Both the position numbers and the translations under genes were made by a program. This document shows positions 54,862-63,458 of a stretch of 64,000 nt of DNA, piece by piece (the first letter of the stretch is position 1; each line of letters begins with the position of its first letter). The stretch comes from Candidatus Harrisonbacteria bacterium (GTDB lineage Bacteria; Patescibacteriota; Minisyncoccia; UBA6257; 02-FULL-45-10c), in contig JACPTS010000001.1 in NCBI GenBank assembly GCA_016192685.1, positions 97,710 to 161,709 of the forward strand. Direction: 5' to 3'. Below the pieces are notes generated by a model that was given only the letters and a program-made list of their open reading frames with translations, did not search any database and had not been told where the DNA came from.

Positions 54862-55646
54862 TGCTGTACCCTCTTACGGAGCATGGTAATGCGAGTCGCA
54901 TCTTCTTCCGCCGCGTGAGTATGCAAACGGGATTTATTTTCCAGCCACAAAAGCTCCAGCTGATGCGCGCTCCTAACTGCCTCATCAAAAGATTCCAATC
55001 CCCGCTTAGCGTCAAATACCACCTTTCTGGTTTCAAAACGATCCAGTAAATTATTGGCAACCAAATTTTCAATCAGCGGGCGGCTGCCAGATTCAATGCT
55101 TCCGCCAAGCATTGTGCCAAACCCATGTTCTCGCGCCCCCCTGAAAATAGCAGTTACCCTTTCCGACATTAATGGAGAATCAATATCTTTACGAGTAAGT
55201 CCAAAAGATCCCGTAAGATCCACGCGGCCAATGGTGATGTGCTTAAGTCCATAAGCCGACGCAAGTTTCAGCATGGCATTTAAATCTTCATAAGCTTTCG
55301 CGGTTTCAATCATAAATATAATTGCGGTATCTTCCCGCTCATCTTCCGGCAAATGCTTATTAACCGCATCAATAAATTTACTAAGCGCGTAAACGCTTTC
55401 AATCATCGGGGCGACAATGCCGGAAACGCCAATCCGGCGCGCTTGCAAAATTCCCCAGACATCTTCCGGACCGCCAATTTTAAGAGTAAGATGCACGCCG
55501 GAACGCGATACAATATCTTTCAAACGCAATAATTCTTCAAAACGGGTGCCTTCCGATTCAAATTCCGCTTTCAAACCAACTACTCCATATTCATCGCGCA
55601 TTCTCGTAAGCAAAGCTACGATTTCTTTTTCTTTTATGTTCATCAT
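54858..55646 (-). CDS. HpcH/HpaI-family aldolase / citrate-lyase beta-like protein
   Basis: 262 aa. IETAKAYEDL and ITIGRVDLTGSFGL resemble the PF03328 active-site regions. Confidence 0.6.
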   Translation of the reverse strand: MMNIKEKEIVALLTRMRDEYGVVGLKAEFESEGTRFEELLRLKDIVSRSGVHLTLKIGGPEDVWGILQARRIGVSGIVAPMIESVYALSKFIDAVNKHLPEDEREDTAIIFMIETAKAYEDLNAMLKLASAYGLKHITIGRVDLTGSFGLTRKDIDSPLMSERVTAIFRGAREHGFGTMLGGSIESGSRPLIENLVANNLLDRFETRKVVFDAKRGLESFDEAVRSAHQLELLWLENKSRLHTHAAEEDATRITMLRKRVQQ

Positions 55647-55735
55647 ATCTCCTTTTATATTAGAACTATAAAAGATAACAAAATTTCCCGCATATCAGTC
55701 ACTGCGTCATAAACGAGCTACCTATCTGCCATGCG

Positions 55736-55757
55736 GCCTGCCTGCCGGCAGGCAGGC
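55736..55757. other. perfect 22-bp GC-rich palindrome in an intergenic region
   Basis: gcctgcctgccggcaggcaggc, between an SDR gene end and the aldolase gene start. Confidence 0.8.
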
Positions 55758-55772
55758 AACTACGGAGAAAAA

Positions 55773-56573
55773 TCAACGCATTATCGCTCCGCCATCAACA
55801 AAAAGTATTTGCCCGGTAATGTTTTTCGCCTCGTCAGAGCCGAGAAAAACCGCCGCCATCCCGATGTCTTCCGGAGTTTGCTCTCGCTGAAGCGGCACTA
55901 ATTCTTTCATGCGCTTTTCAAAAATGGCGCGCGGTTCCATATTTTGATATTTCTCCGGAAATAATTCTTTTAAATTTTCGGCAATATGTTCCCAAAGCGG
56001 CGTCCAAACCAATCCCGGCGCGATGGCATTCACCGTAACGCCATACGGAGCGAATTCGTGGGCAAGAATTTGGGTAAAAGTGGCGACTCCCATCTTGGCC
56101 ACGCTATACGGCGGTTTCATGCGGCCGGGCATGAATGCCGCGATAGATGAAAGATTAATAATTCTTCCGGATTTGCGTTCCTGAAAATGCGGCGCGATTG
56201 CTTTAGCGGCATAAAAAACTGGTTTCATATTAAATTTCCACGCCTCATCCCAATCTTCTTCGGTATTCCGAGTGAACGGCAGTCCGGGCCGGCATTCTTT
56301 TCCGACATTATTAACTAAAATATCTATTCCGCCGAATTTTTCAATCACTTTCCTGAAAAAATCATTTATCTCTTTTTCTTGAGTAACATCTAATTTTACC
56401 GCCGACACCTTTGCCCCGGACTTGGATAATTCCGATGCCGCGTTTTCCGCTTGTTCTAAATTAATATCAGCAATAACCGCGATTGCTCCTTCTTTTGCCA
56501 TGCAAGAGACAATTCCCTTTCCAATGCCGCTGGCGCCGCCGGTCACAACTGCTACTTTATTTTTGAGTCTCAT
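55773..56573 (-). CDS. SDR-family oxidoreductase
   Basis: 266 aa. VAVVTGGASGIGKG with catalytic YxxxK (YSVAK). Confidence 0.88.
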   Translation of the reverse strand: MRLKNKVAVVTGGASGIGKGIVSCMAKEGAIAVIADINLEQAENAASELSKSGAKVSAVKLDVTQEKEINDFFRKVIEKFGGIDILVNNVGKECRPGLPFTRNTEEDWDEAWKFNMKPVFYAAKAIAPHFQERKSGRIINLSSIAAFMPGRMKPPYSVAKMGVATFTQILAHEFAPYGVTVNAIAPGLVWTPLWEHIAENLKELFPEKYQNMEPRAIFEKRMKELVPLQREQTPEDIGMAAVFLGSDEAKNITGQILFVDGGAIMR

Positions 56574-56593
56574 AAATATTTTAATTATTAATT

Positions 56594-57397
56594 TTAACGC
56601 ATCACTGCGCCGCCGTCCACGAATAATATTTGTCCGGTGATATTTTTTGCTTCATCAGAGGCAAGAAAAACCGCCGCCATCCCGATGTCTTCCGGAGTTT
56701 GTTCTCTTTTTAAAGGAATCAAATCGCTTACATGCTTATTAAAAATCTGCCGCGGAGACATTTTTTTATATTTTTCCGGCCATCGCTCAACCAGCTGAGG
56801 CGCGAACCCTTCCCATAAAGGCGTCCAAACCAATCCCGGCGCGATGGCATTCACCGTAACGCCATACGGAGCGAATTCGTGGGCAAGAATTTGGGTAAAA
56901 GTCGCTATGCCGACCTTGGAAACGCTGTAATGGGGTTTAGTAAGTCCGGGCATAAATCCGGCAATAGAAGACATATTAATAATCCTACCTGATTTACGTT
57001 CCTGAAAATGCGGCGCGATTGCTTTAGCGGCATAAAAAACCGGCTTCACGTTAACATCCCAGACCAAATCCCAATCTTCTTCAGTATTATTAGTAAATGG
57101 CATTCCCAACTTTCCGGTAACACCAACGTTATTCACCAAAATATCAATTCCGCTAAAATCATCAATAACTCTCTTAATCGCTTTCCGCGTTTCTTGTTCT
57201 TTAGTAACGTCCACTTGTAATGCCAGTCCGCGAGTACCATAAGAATCCGCGCAAAATTTCATAACCTCTTCCGCTTGTTTTATATCACGGTCAGCAATAA
57301 TCGCGATTGCCCCCTCTTTTGCCATACAATTCACAATGCCTTTTCCAATGCCGTTGGCGCCGCCGGTTATAATTGCTACTTTATTTTTGAGTCTCAT
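56594..57397 (-). CDS. SDR-family oxidoreductase (tandem paralog)
   Basis: Start placed at the internal Met (MRLKNKVAIITGGANGIGKG); the ORF track extends to 57427. Shares stretches of up to ~85 bp identical to the adjacent paralog. Confidence 0.85.
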   Translation of the reverse strand: MRLKNKVAIITGGANGIGKGIVNCMAKEGAIAIIADRDIKQAEEVMKFCADSYGTRGLALQVDVTKEQETRKAIKRVIDDFSGIDILVNNVGVTGKLGMPFTNNTEEDWDLVWDVNVKPVFYAAKAIAPHFQERKSGRIINMSSIAGFMPGLTKPHYSVSKVGIATFTQILAHEFAPYGVTVNAIAPGLVWTPLWEGFAPQLVERWPEKYKKMSPRQIFNKHVSDLIPLKREQTPEDIGMAAVFLASDEAKNITGQILFVDGGAVMR

Positions 57398-57402
57398 TAT
57401 AA

Positions 57403-58155
57403 TTATTTTACTTGCTTTTCTTCGCAATGCGCGTTCATTAAGGCAAATTTCGGATTTTCATCTAAATATGTAAGCACCTCCAGAACGCTGATAATCTGCC
57501 CTCCGCCCTTATAAAATTTTTTATAGATCAATTCCATTAGCTCAAAATCTTCCGGAAAATCCACGGTCAGGCGATAATTCCGCGCGTATTTCGGCGGAGC
57601 AATAACTATCGGACCGATTTTAAATTCTCCTTTTTTATTGTCCATAATATAAGGATCTACATGCTCTTTGTCGTAAGCCGAAGTCGCTTCCCGAAACGCT
57701 TTCTCAATCGCCCGGAAAGAAAATATCTCGCAGTCAAGGCCGCGCGGAAAAGTTCTCTCGCCGGAAAATACATTACTGATGTAATCATAATTATCTTTTT
57801 TAAACGCCTCTAAACATAAATCAATAATTTTAGGGTCAATTAACGGGCAATCAGCAGTGATGCGAACAACAGTATCACCGGCAGTAGCGCCATATTTTTT
57901 TGCCGTTTCATAATAACGCTCCAGAACATTTTCCACCGATCCCCGAAAATATAAAAAATTATTTTCCCGGCAAAATTTTTCCGTTGCGTCATCTTCCGGC
58001 GCAATCGTGGTGGCTACTATAACTTTATCTATATAACGAGAACGCCTTACCCGGTTAACCACGTGCCAGAGCTGGGGCTTGCCCGCTAAATCTTTTAAGA
58101 TCTTTCCCGGCAGGCGGGTAGAACCCATCCGAGCCTGAATAATAGCTAAAATCAT
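57403..58155 (-). CDS. cytidylyltransferase (PseF/SpsF/acylneuraminate cytidylyltransferase family; third copy)
   Basis: 250 aa. LAIIQARMGSTRLPGKILKDLAGKP. Confidence 0.8.
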   Translation of the reverse strand: MILAIIQARMGSTRLPGKILKDLAGKPQLWHVVNRVRRSRYIDKVIVATTIAPEDDATEKFCRENNFLYFRGSVENVLERYYETAKKYGATAGDTVVRITADCPLIDPKIIDLCLEAFKKDNYDYISNVFSGERTFPRGLDCEIFSFRAIEKAFREATSAYDKEHVDPYIMDNKKGEFKIGPIVIAPPKYARNYRLTVDFPEDFELMELIYKKFYKGGGQIISVLEVLTYLDENPKFALMNAHCEEKQVK

Positions 58156-59294
58156 TAAAAAGTTTTAATTATTTCAATCAACTTTTTAACAATAAATTTC
58201 TGGTCTTTGGATTTTAAATCGGGAAAAATCGGCAAAGAAATCGCGGCTTCATAATACGCTTCAGCTTTTGGACACAGGCCTTTTTTAAATCCCAAAGATT
58301 GATAATAGGGATGCCAATAAACCGGCAGATAATGAACCTGGACTCCGATGCCCGCCTCTCTTAATTTTTTAAAAATGCCGGAACGTTTTTTCACCAACGC
58401 GCCTTTTAATCTGATTACATAAATATGCCAAGATGAAGAAAAATCTTTATTGTCTGACGGAAGTTCTAATTTATCAGAAAATTTCTTGAAAGCTTTGTTA
58501 TAAGCTGCGGCAATTTTTTTTCTTGCTTTTATAAATTTATCCAATCTTTTAAGCTGGGAAATTCCCAGCGCCGCCTGAATATCGGTAATCCGGTAGTTAT
58601 ATCCCAGTTCCTGCATCTCGTGATACCAATCTCCATGGGATTTCATTTTGAATTTCTCCGGGTCGCGGACAATTCCATGATGCCGGAAAACTTTCATTTT
58701 TTCATAATAATCTTTGTTATCGGTAAGCACCGCTCCTCCTTCCCCGGTAGTAATGGATTTTACCGGATGAAAACTAAATGCCGTCATGTCAGCCACAGAG
58801 CCGATTTTTTTTCCTTTATAACTTGCTCCTAACGCGTGACAGCCGTCTTCCACTAAAACTAAATTATGTTCACGCGCGATTTTTTTAAATTCTTCTAATT
58901 TCGCCGGCAAACCGGCAAAATCCACCACAGAAATAATTCTGGTTTTAGAATTTATTTTTTTTACCGCTTCCTTGGGATCCAGATTCAAATCTTCCGCAAT
59001 ATCGGCAAAAACCGGCTTAGCGCCTAAATAAAGACCGGGATTGGCAGTGGCGGCAAAAGTCAGTGGAGTAGTTATGAATTCGTCTCCAGATTTTAATCCG
59101 GCGGCGAAATAAGCGGCGTGAAGCGCGGCCGTGCCGCTGGAAAAAATCACGGCATATTTAGCGCCGCAATATTTGGCCAAAGCCTCCTCAAATTCGGCTA
59201 TTTTGGGACCTTGGCTTAACCAATCCGATTTCAAAACTTTCGTAACTGCTTCAATATCCGATTTATCAATTGACTGATGACCGTAAGGTATCAT
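58155..59294 (-). CDS. DegT-family PLP-dependent aminotransferase (PseC-like; third copy)
   Basis: 379 aa. MIPYGHQSIDKSDIEAV...LSQGPKIAEFE. Confidence 0.85.
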   Translation of the reverse strand: MIPYGHQSIDKSDIEAVTKVLKSDWLSQGPKIAEFEEALAKYCGAKYAVIFSSGTAALHAAYFAAGLKSGDEFITTPLTFAATANPGLYLGAKPVFADIAEDLNLDPKEAVKKINSKTRIISVVDFAGLPAKLEEFKKIAREHNLVLVEDGCHALGASYKGKKIGSVADMTAFSFHPVKSITTGEGGAVLTDNKDYYEKMKVFRHHGIVRDPEKFKMKSHGDWYHEMQELGYNYRITDIQAALGISQLKRLDKFIKARKKIAAAYNKAFKKFSDKLELPSDNKDFSSSWHIYVIRLKGALVKKRSGIFKKLREAGIGVQVHYLPVYWHPYYQSLGFKKGLCPKAEAYYEAAISLPIFPDLKSKDQKFIVKKLIEIIKTF

Positions 59295-59306
59295 TTTAAA
59301 AAAATA

Positions 59307-60284
59307 TTATACAAAATTAGCAAGGTCTTCCTTAGTCAATTCCCTTGCTGCATTGCTGGCATAATTAAAATTTTCAGGAACATTAGGAAAATCTTTAAAA
59401 TGCGATTTATCCCACCAATCATGGCTCGGTTCAACTAGATAATATTTGCCAATGTCCCTCGCTCTCCGCGCCTCATCTTCGGTAAGAAGCATTTCATGCA
59501 ATTTTTCCCCGGGCCTAGCGCCGATAATTTTAACTTTGCAATTGGGGACCAAAACCGAAATTAAATTCTTAACTTTCATTGCCGATAATTTTGGCACAAC
59601 GATCTCTCCGCCCTTCATTAAGCGTAAAGTATCCAAAACAAGATCTACTCCTTGATCCAAAGTAATCCAAAATCTAGTCATATCTTCGTGAGTGAGAGTA
59701 ACTTCGCCATTTTTTTTCTGTTCTTGTAAAACTTCGGTGATACTTCCGCGGCTGCCGACTACGTTTCCGTAACGCACTGCGCTAAAAATCGGTTTTTTCT
59801 CTATTCCGCTGTAAGAATTGGCCGCGATTAAAAGCTTTTCCGCGCAAAGCTTAGTGGCGCCGTAAAGATTTATCGGATTTACCGCTTTATCAGTGGAAAC
59901 CAGCACAACTTTTTTCACCCCATTATCCAAAGCCGCGTCAATGACATTTTGCGTGCCCAAAACATTGGTTTTAACCGCTTCCAACGGATTAAACTCCAGC
60001 ATCGGAACCTGTTTAAGGGCGGCCGCGTGGACTACCACATCCACCCCCCGAAAAGCTCGCTGTAATCTGGCAAGGTCGCGGACGTCTCCTAAAAAAAATC
60101 TTAATTTATTTCCCGGATTGCCGAATTTCCTCTGCATGGCATGCTGTTTAAATTCATCGCGGCTAAAAACAATAACCCGCTTGCAATCGCCGTCTTTCAA
60201 AAGAAACTCAACAAATTTTTGGCCGAAAGAACCGGTACCGCCGGTAACAAGCACGGACTTATCTTTCAAAAAATTTATATCCAT
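59307..60284 (-). CDS. UDP-GlcNAc 4,6-dehydratase (PseB/FlaA1 family; second copy)
   Basis: 325 aa. VLVTGGTGSFG, HAAALKQVP, VSTDKAVNP. Confidence 0.85.
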   Translation of the reverse strand: MDINFLKDKSVLVTGGTGSFGQKFVEFLLKDGDCKRVIVFSRDEFKQHAMQRKFGNPGNKLRFFLGDVRDLARLQRAFRGVDVVVHAAALKQVPMLEFNPLEAVKTNVLGTQNVIDAALDNGVKKVVLVSTDKAVNPINLYGATKLCAEKLLIAANSYSGIEKKPIFSAVRYGNVVGSRGSITEVLQEQKKNGEVTLTHEDMTRFWITLDQGVDLVLDTLRLMKGGEIVVPKLSAMKVKNLISVLVPNCKVKIIGARPGEKLHEMLLTEDEARRARDIGKYYLVEPSHDWWDKSHFKDFPNVPENFNYASNAARELTKEDLANFV

Positions 60285-60383
60285 AAATAATACACGATAT
60301 ATAACTAATCGGAGACTTATCTAGTAACAATCTAAATAAATATAACTTGTTCTTAATTTACTAACAATATAAGATATTCATAT

Positions 60384-61328
60384 ATGCAATGCGGCATTTG
60401 CAAAAAAAATTCCAATCCAATATTTAAAGAAAAAAGCGGGAATTATTCTCTATATGAATGCCCGCTCTGCGGCGGCCAATTTTGGAACCCGATGAAAAAT
60501 CCGGGGGCGGAGTGGTATGAAAAAGATATCCGGTATTCTTTCCGGAATAAAAATCCACTGAAAACTCCGGAGGTCAACCATCGGGAATTTCTGCGCGATT
60601 TGCCAGCGTCCAAAGGAAAACTTTTAGATATCGGAATGGGTACGGGTAATTTTCTGGCCGCGGCAGTAGCCAATGGCTATGACGGCTATGGAACTGATTT
60701 TGACAATGATGCCATTGAAACGGCCAAAGAATTTTTCGGCCTCCAAAATGTTTTCCCGCTGAATACCGAAGAGGCAATCAAAAAATTCGGTCCGGGATAT
60801 TTTGACGTCATTACGCTCTTTGAAGTTCTGGAACACCTGGAAGACCCCTCCGAATCCCTGGAAAAAATAAAGGTTCTTTTGAAAAAAGGCGGGTATCTGG
60901 CAATCAGTGTGCCTTACCGCGGATCTTCAAAATTATTTAAAGCCCACGACATACCGCCGCGCCATCTGACCAGATGGAGCGAAAAATCCATGGAAAACTT
61001 TTTAAACTCGCATCAATTTTCCGTAACGCGGATGAAAGTCATTCCGGTTCCCTTTTCTTATTTAATCACCAAATATCATTTTTGGTACGAGGGCATTTTC
61101 AGTTTCGGCGCGGTAGAAAAACTTACCTCGCCGAAAAAAACGCAAAAGGGAGAAACTATTGCCAATAATTTCAAAAAAAACTACAGGAAAATCAAGATGC
61201 TGCAATCGCTGGCGCGTCTGAAAGATTATCTGCTTTTTTCCATCCCCGCGGCAATTTTATACCTGCGCCTGCTATTGAATAAAAAGGCGGGACTTGACCT
61301 TTATGTTCTTGCGCAATTTAAAGATTAA
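60384..61328 (+). CDS. class I SAM-dependent methyltransferase with an N-terminal Cys4 zinc-ribbon
   Basis: 314 aa. CGIC...CPLCGG, then motif I LLDIGMGTGNF. Confidence 0.75.
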   Translation: MQCGICKKNSNPIFKEKSGNYSLYECPLCGGQFWNPMKNPGAEWYEKDIRYSFRNKNPLKTPEVNHREFLRDLPASKGKLLDIGMGTGNFLAAAVANGYDGYGTDFDNDAIETAKEFFGLQNVFPLNTEEAIKKFGPGYFDVITLFEVLEHLEDPSESLEKIKVLLKKGGYLAISVPYRGSSKLFKAHDIPPRHLTRWSEKSMENFLNSHQFSVTRMKVIPVPFSYLITKYHFWYEGIFSFGAVEKLTSPKKTQKGETIANNFKKNYRKIKMLQSLARLKDYLLFSIPAAILYLRLLLNKKAGLDLYVLAQFKD

Positions 61329-62413
61329 ACTCTTCGGATAGTTTTCTGCCAAACTTTCATTCCTTCTAAATAAGATGAAATATAATTTTTCTGATGTTCA
61401 TCCAATTTTTTATCTTGCGACAAAAATTTTTCTAAGCCGAAAATAAGCTCTCCATAGCAATCCCCGTAATTTTTTCCCTTCATTTTTATTTTCTGAAGCC
61501 AATCGCAAAAAAGATCGCTCAAAATCATCCCGTCCCGCTCTTTATCAAAATCCTTAAAATAATTATGCGGGTTGCGGTCTTGATAAACCAACGGATTGCC
61601 AAAAGAAATGTAGTGCCCCAAATAATCGGCAATCGCCTTAATTACGTAAGCCGCCCAAATATCATCATACCTTCCGACCATCGGGCTTAAAAAATAAGCC
61701 GGAATAATTTCCCGCGCCAGCGCCGTATTTTGGGAATTAAAAGGCGACCAGGTGCCTTTTCCCAAAGCAAAATTTTCTTTTCGCTTATAACTCAGAACAT
61801 TAATCGGATTTGTTAATCTGGTGACCGCGTCAATATCCGGGTCCCCAAGCCAAAATCCGGCATTAACCACGATTTTTCCTTTTTTCTTTTTAACGGAAAG
61901 CTTTTCTTTCAGCCAGCGCTTCCCCATCGGAAAACCGCGATGATAAAAAGGCGCATTTTTTTCTTCTTTTAAAAAACCGCAGACATTCAGCCAGCCGGTG
62001 GAAGAACGGATAAAATCCATTTTTTGTTCCGTGCCCACAATGCTGTTCTGGCCGACAAAATCCCCGCTGGCAAAAAAATTGTCGTCATCAATAGTGATTA
62101 TCAATTCCGCGCCCTGTTCATAAGCAAATAAAATCCCTATATTCCTCCGCTGGATGGAATTAAATACCAGATGCTTTTCCAGCTCCGGATATTTTTTCAG
62201 ATAAACCGCCTGATCGGCGACATTAAAAAAATGGATTGGGACATCAGTTTTTCTACTAAGTTCTTTACAGAATATTTTTGCTTCCAAAGGAGTTTTTTTA
62301 TCTCCGACAACAATGCATTCTGTATCTTTATGCCCATGCTTTTTAAAATTATTGATATAATCTTTTAAAAGGACTGGAACATTTATCGTGGTTGTGACTA
62401 TCGCTGTTTTCAT
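61325..62413 (-). CDS. GT75/RGP-like protein (reversibly glycosylated polypeptide / UDP-arabinopyranose mutase family)
   Basis: 362 aa. ITIDDDNFFA (cf. plant RGP TIDDDCFVA) and RYDDIWAAYVIKAIADYLG (cf. RGP RYDDMWAGWC.KVICDHLG). Confidence 0.6.
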   Translation of the reverse strand: MKTAIVTTTINVPVLLKDYINNFKKHGHKDTECIVVGDKKTPLEAKIFCKELSRKTDVPIHFFNVADQAVYLKKYPELEKHLVFNSIQRRNIGILFAYEQGAELIITIDDDNFFASGDFVGQNSIVGTEQKMDFIRSSTGWLNVCGFLKEEKNAPFYHRGFPMGKRWLKEKLSVKKKKGKIVVNAGFWLGDPDIDAVTRLTNPINVLSYKRKENFALGKGTWSPFNSQNTALAREIIPAYFLSPMVGRYDDIWAAYVIKAIADYLGHYISFGNPLVYQDRNPHNYFKDFDKERDGMILSDLFCDWLQKIKMKGKNYGDCYGELIFGLEKFLSQDKKLDEHQKNYISSYLEGMKVWQKTIRRV

Positions 62414-62429
62414 CTCGTTAGAAAAATAA

Positions 62430-63458
62430 TCAAATTCTTTTTTTAGCCATTTCTAAAACTCGACTCATGCCCTCTTCCAAACTGACTTTCGGTTTCCATC
62501 CCAAACTATAAATTTTCTTGGGATCGGCATATCTGGATTGGACGCCGACCGGTTTATCTAAAAGCTGTTTTATAGTTGGATTATAACCTTCTATTTTTGC
62601 CAATATTTTTATAATTTCATTAAAACTTCTCAATTCGCCGGTGCCGATATTCACCCCGCTGCCATCGGAAATTTTATCCAAGACAACAAACATCGCCTCA
62701 ACGCAATCGTCTATATAAACAAAATCTCTGCCCTGCTCGCCGGTTCCCCAAACCGTTATAGGATTTTCTCTTTTAGCAATGCGCGCGGCAATGGCCGGGA
62801 CCGGATAAGTCAAATCCTGGTCTTCGCCGTAACCGGAAAATGGCCGGACGCAGGCCACGTGTAGGCCGTAATGTTTTGCCGCCAAAGTGCTTAAATATTC
62901 TCCCGATAACTTGCTCCAGCCATAAGTCATATCCGGCTGGCCAAGATTCCCGCCAAAAGAAATCACTTCTTCCGGCAAAGCAATATGCTTTTCTTTAGAT
63001 TGCAGATTAACCGGATAGGCGGCGCTGGAACTCGCGTACATAATTCTGGAAATTTTATCTTTATTCCGCGTTGCCCAGACAAAAAATAATGAATCAATCG
63101 CGAAGTCAGTCGCCACCAGCACGGGATCGCCATCAATTAATAATCTGCCGCCGACAATAGATGCCAAATGAAAAACATCGGAAAATTCCGGTAACTTTAT
63201 TTGAGAGCGGCTTTTTAATTGATCTAAGAAAAAATCCAACGCGTCTTTTTCTATAAATACCAGTTCTTGGCCGCCTTTTTTATAAACCGAATATTCCGGC
63301 TCCATTGTTTTTTCAAATTCCAAAAGCCATTTATCCGGATGCCAGCCGGTAAATAGGTTATCCACCACCCAAACCGACTCGCCGCGATTTAAAAGATATT
63401 TAATTAAATGTCGGCCGACAAATCCGCAACCACCGGTAACTAAAACTGGATTTTTCAT
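62430..63458 (-). CDS. NAD-dependent nucleotide-sugar epimerase/dehydratase (extended SDR)
   Basis: 342 aa. VLVTGGCGFVGRHL with the YxxxK catalytic pair (YGWSK). Confidence 0.85.
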   Translation of the reverse strand: MKNPVLVTGGCGFVGRHLIKYLLNRGESVWVVDNLFTGWHPDKWLLEFEKTMEPEYSVYKKGGQELVFIEKDALDFFLDQLKSRSQIKLPEFSDVFHLASIVGGRLLIDGDPVLVATDFAIDSLFFVWATRNKDKISRIMYASSSAAYPVNLQSKEKHIALPEEVISFGGNLGQPDMTYGWSKLSGEYLSTLAAKHYGLHVACVRPFSGYGEDQDLTYPVPAIAARIAKRENPITVWGTGEQGRDFVYIDDCVEAMFVVLDKISDGSGVNIGTGELRSFNEIIKILAKIEGYNPTIKQLLDKPVGVQSRYADPKKIYSLGWKPKVSLEEGMSRVLEMAKKRI

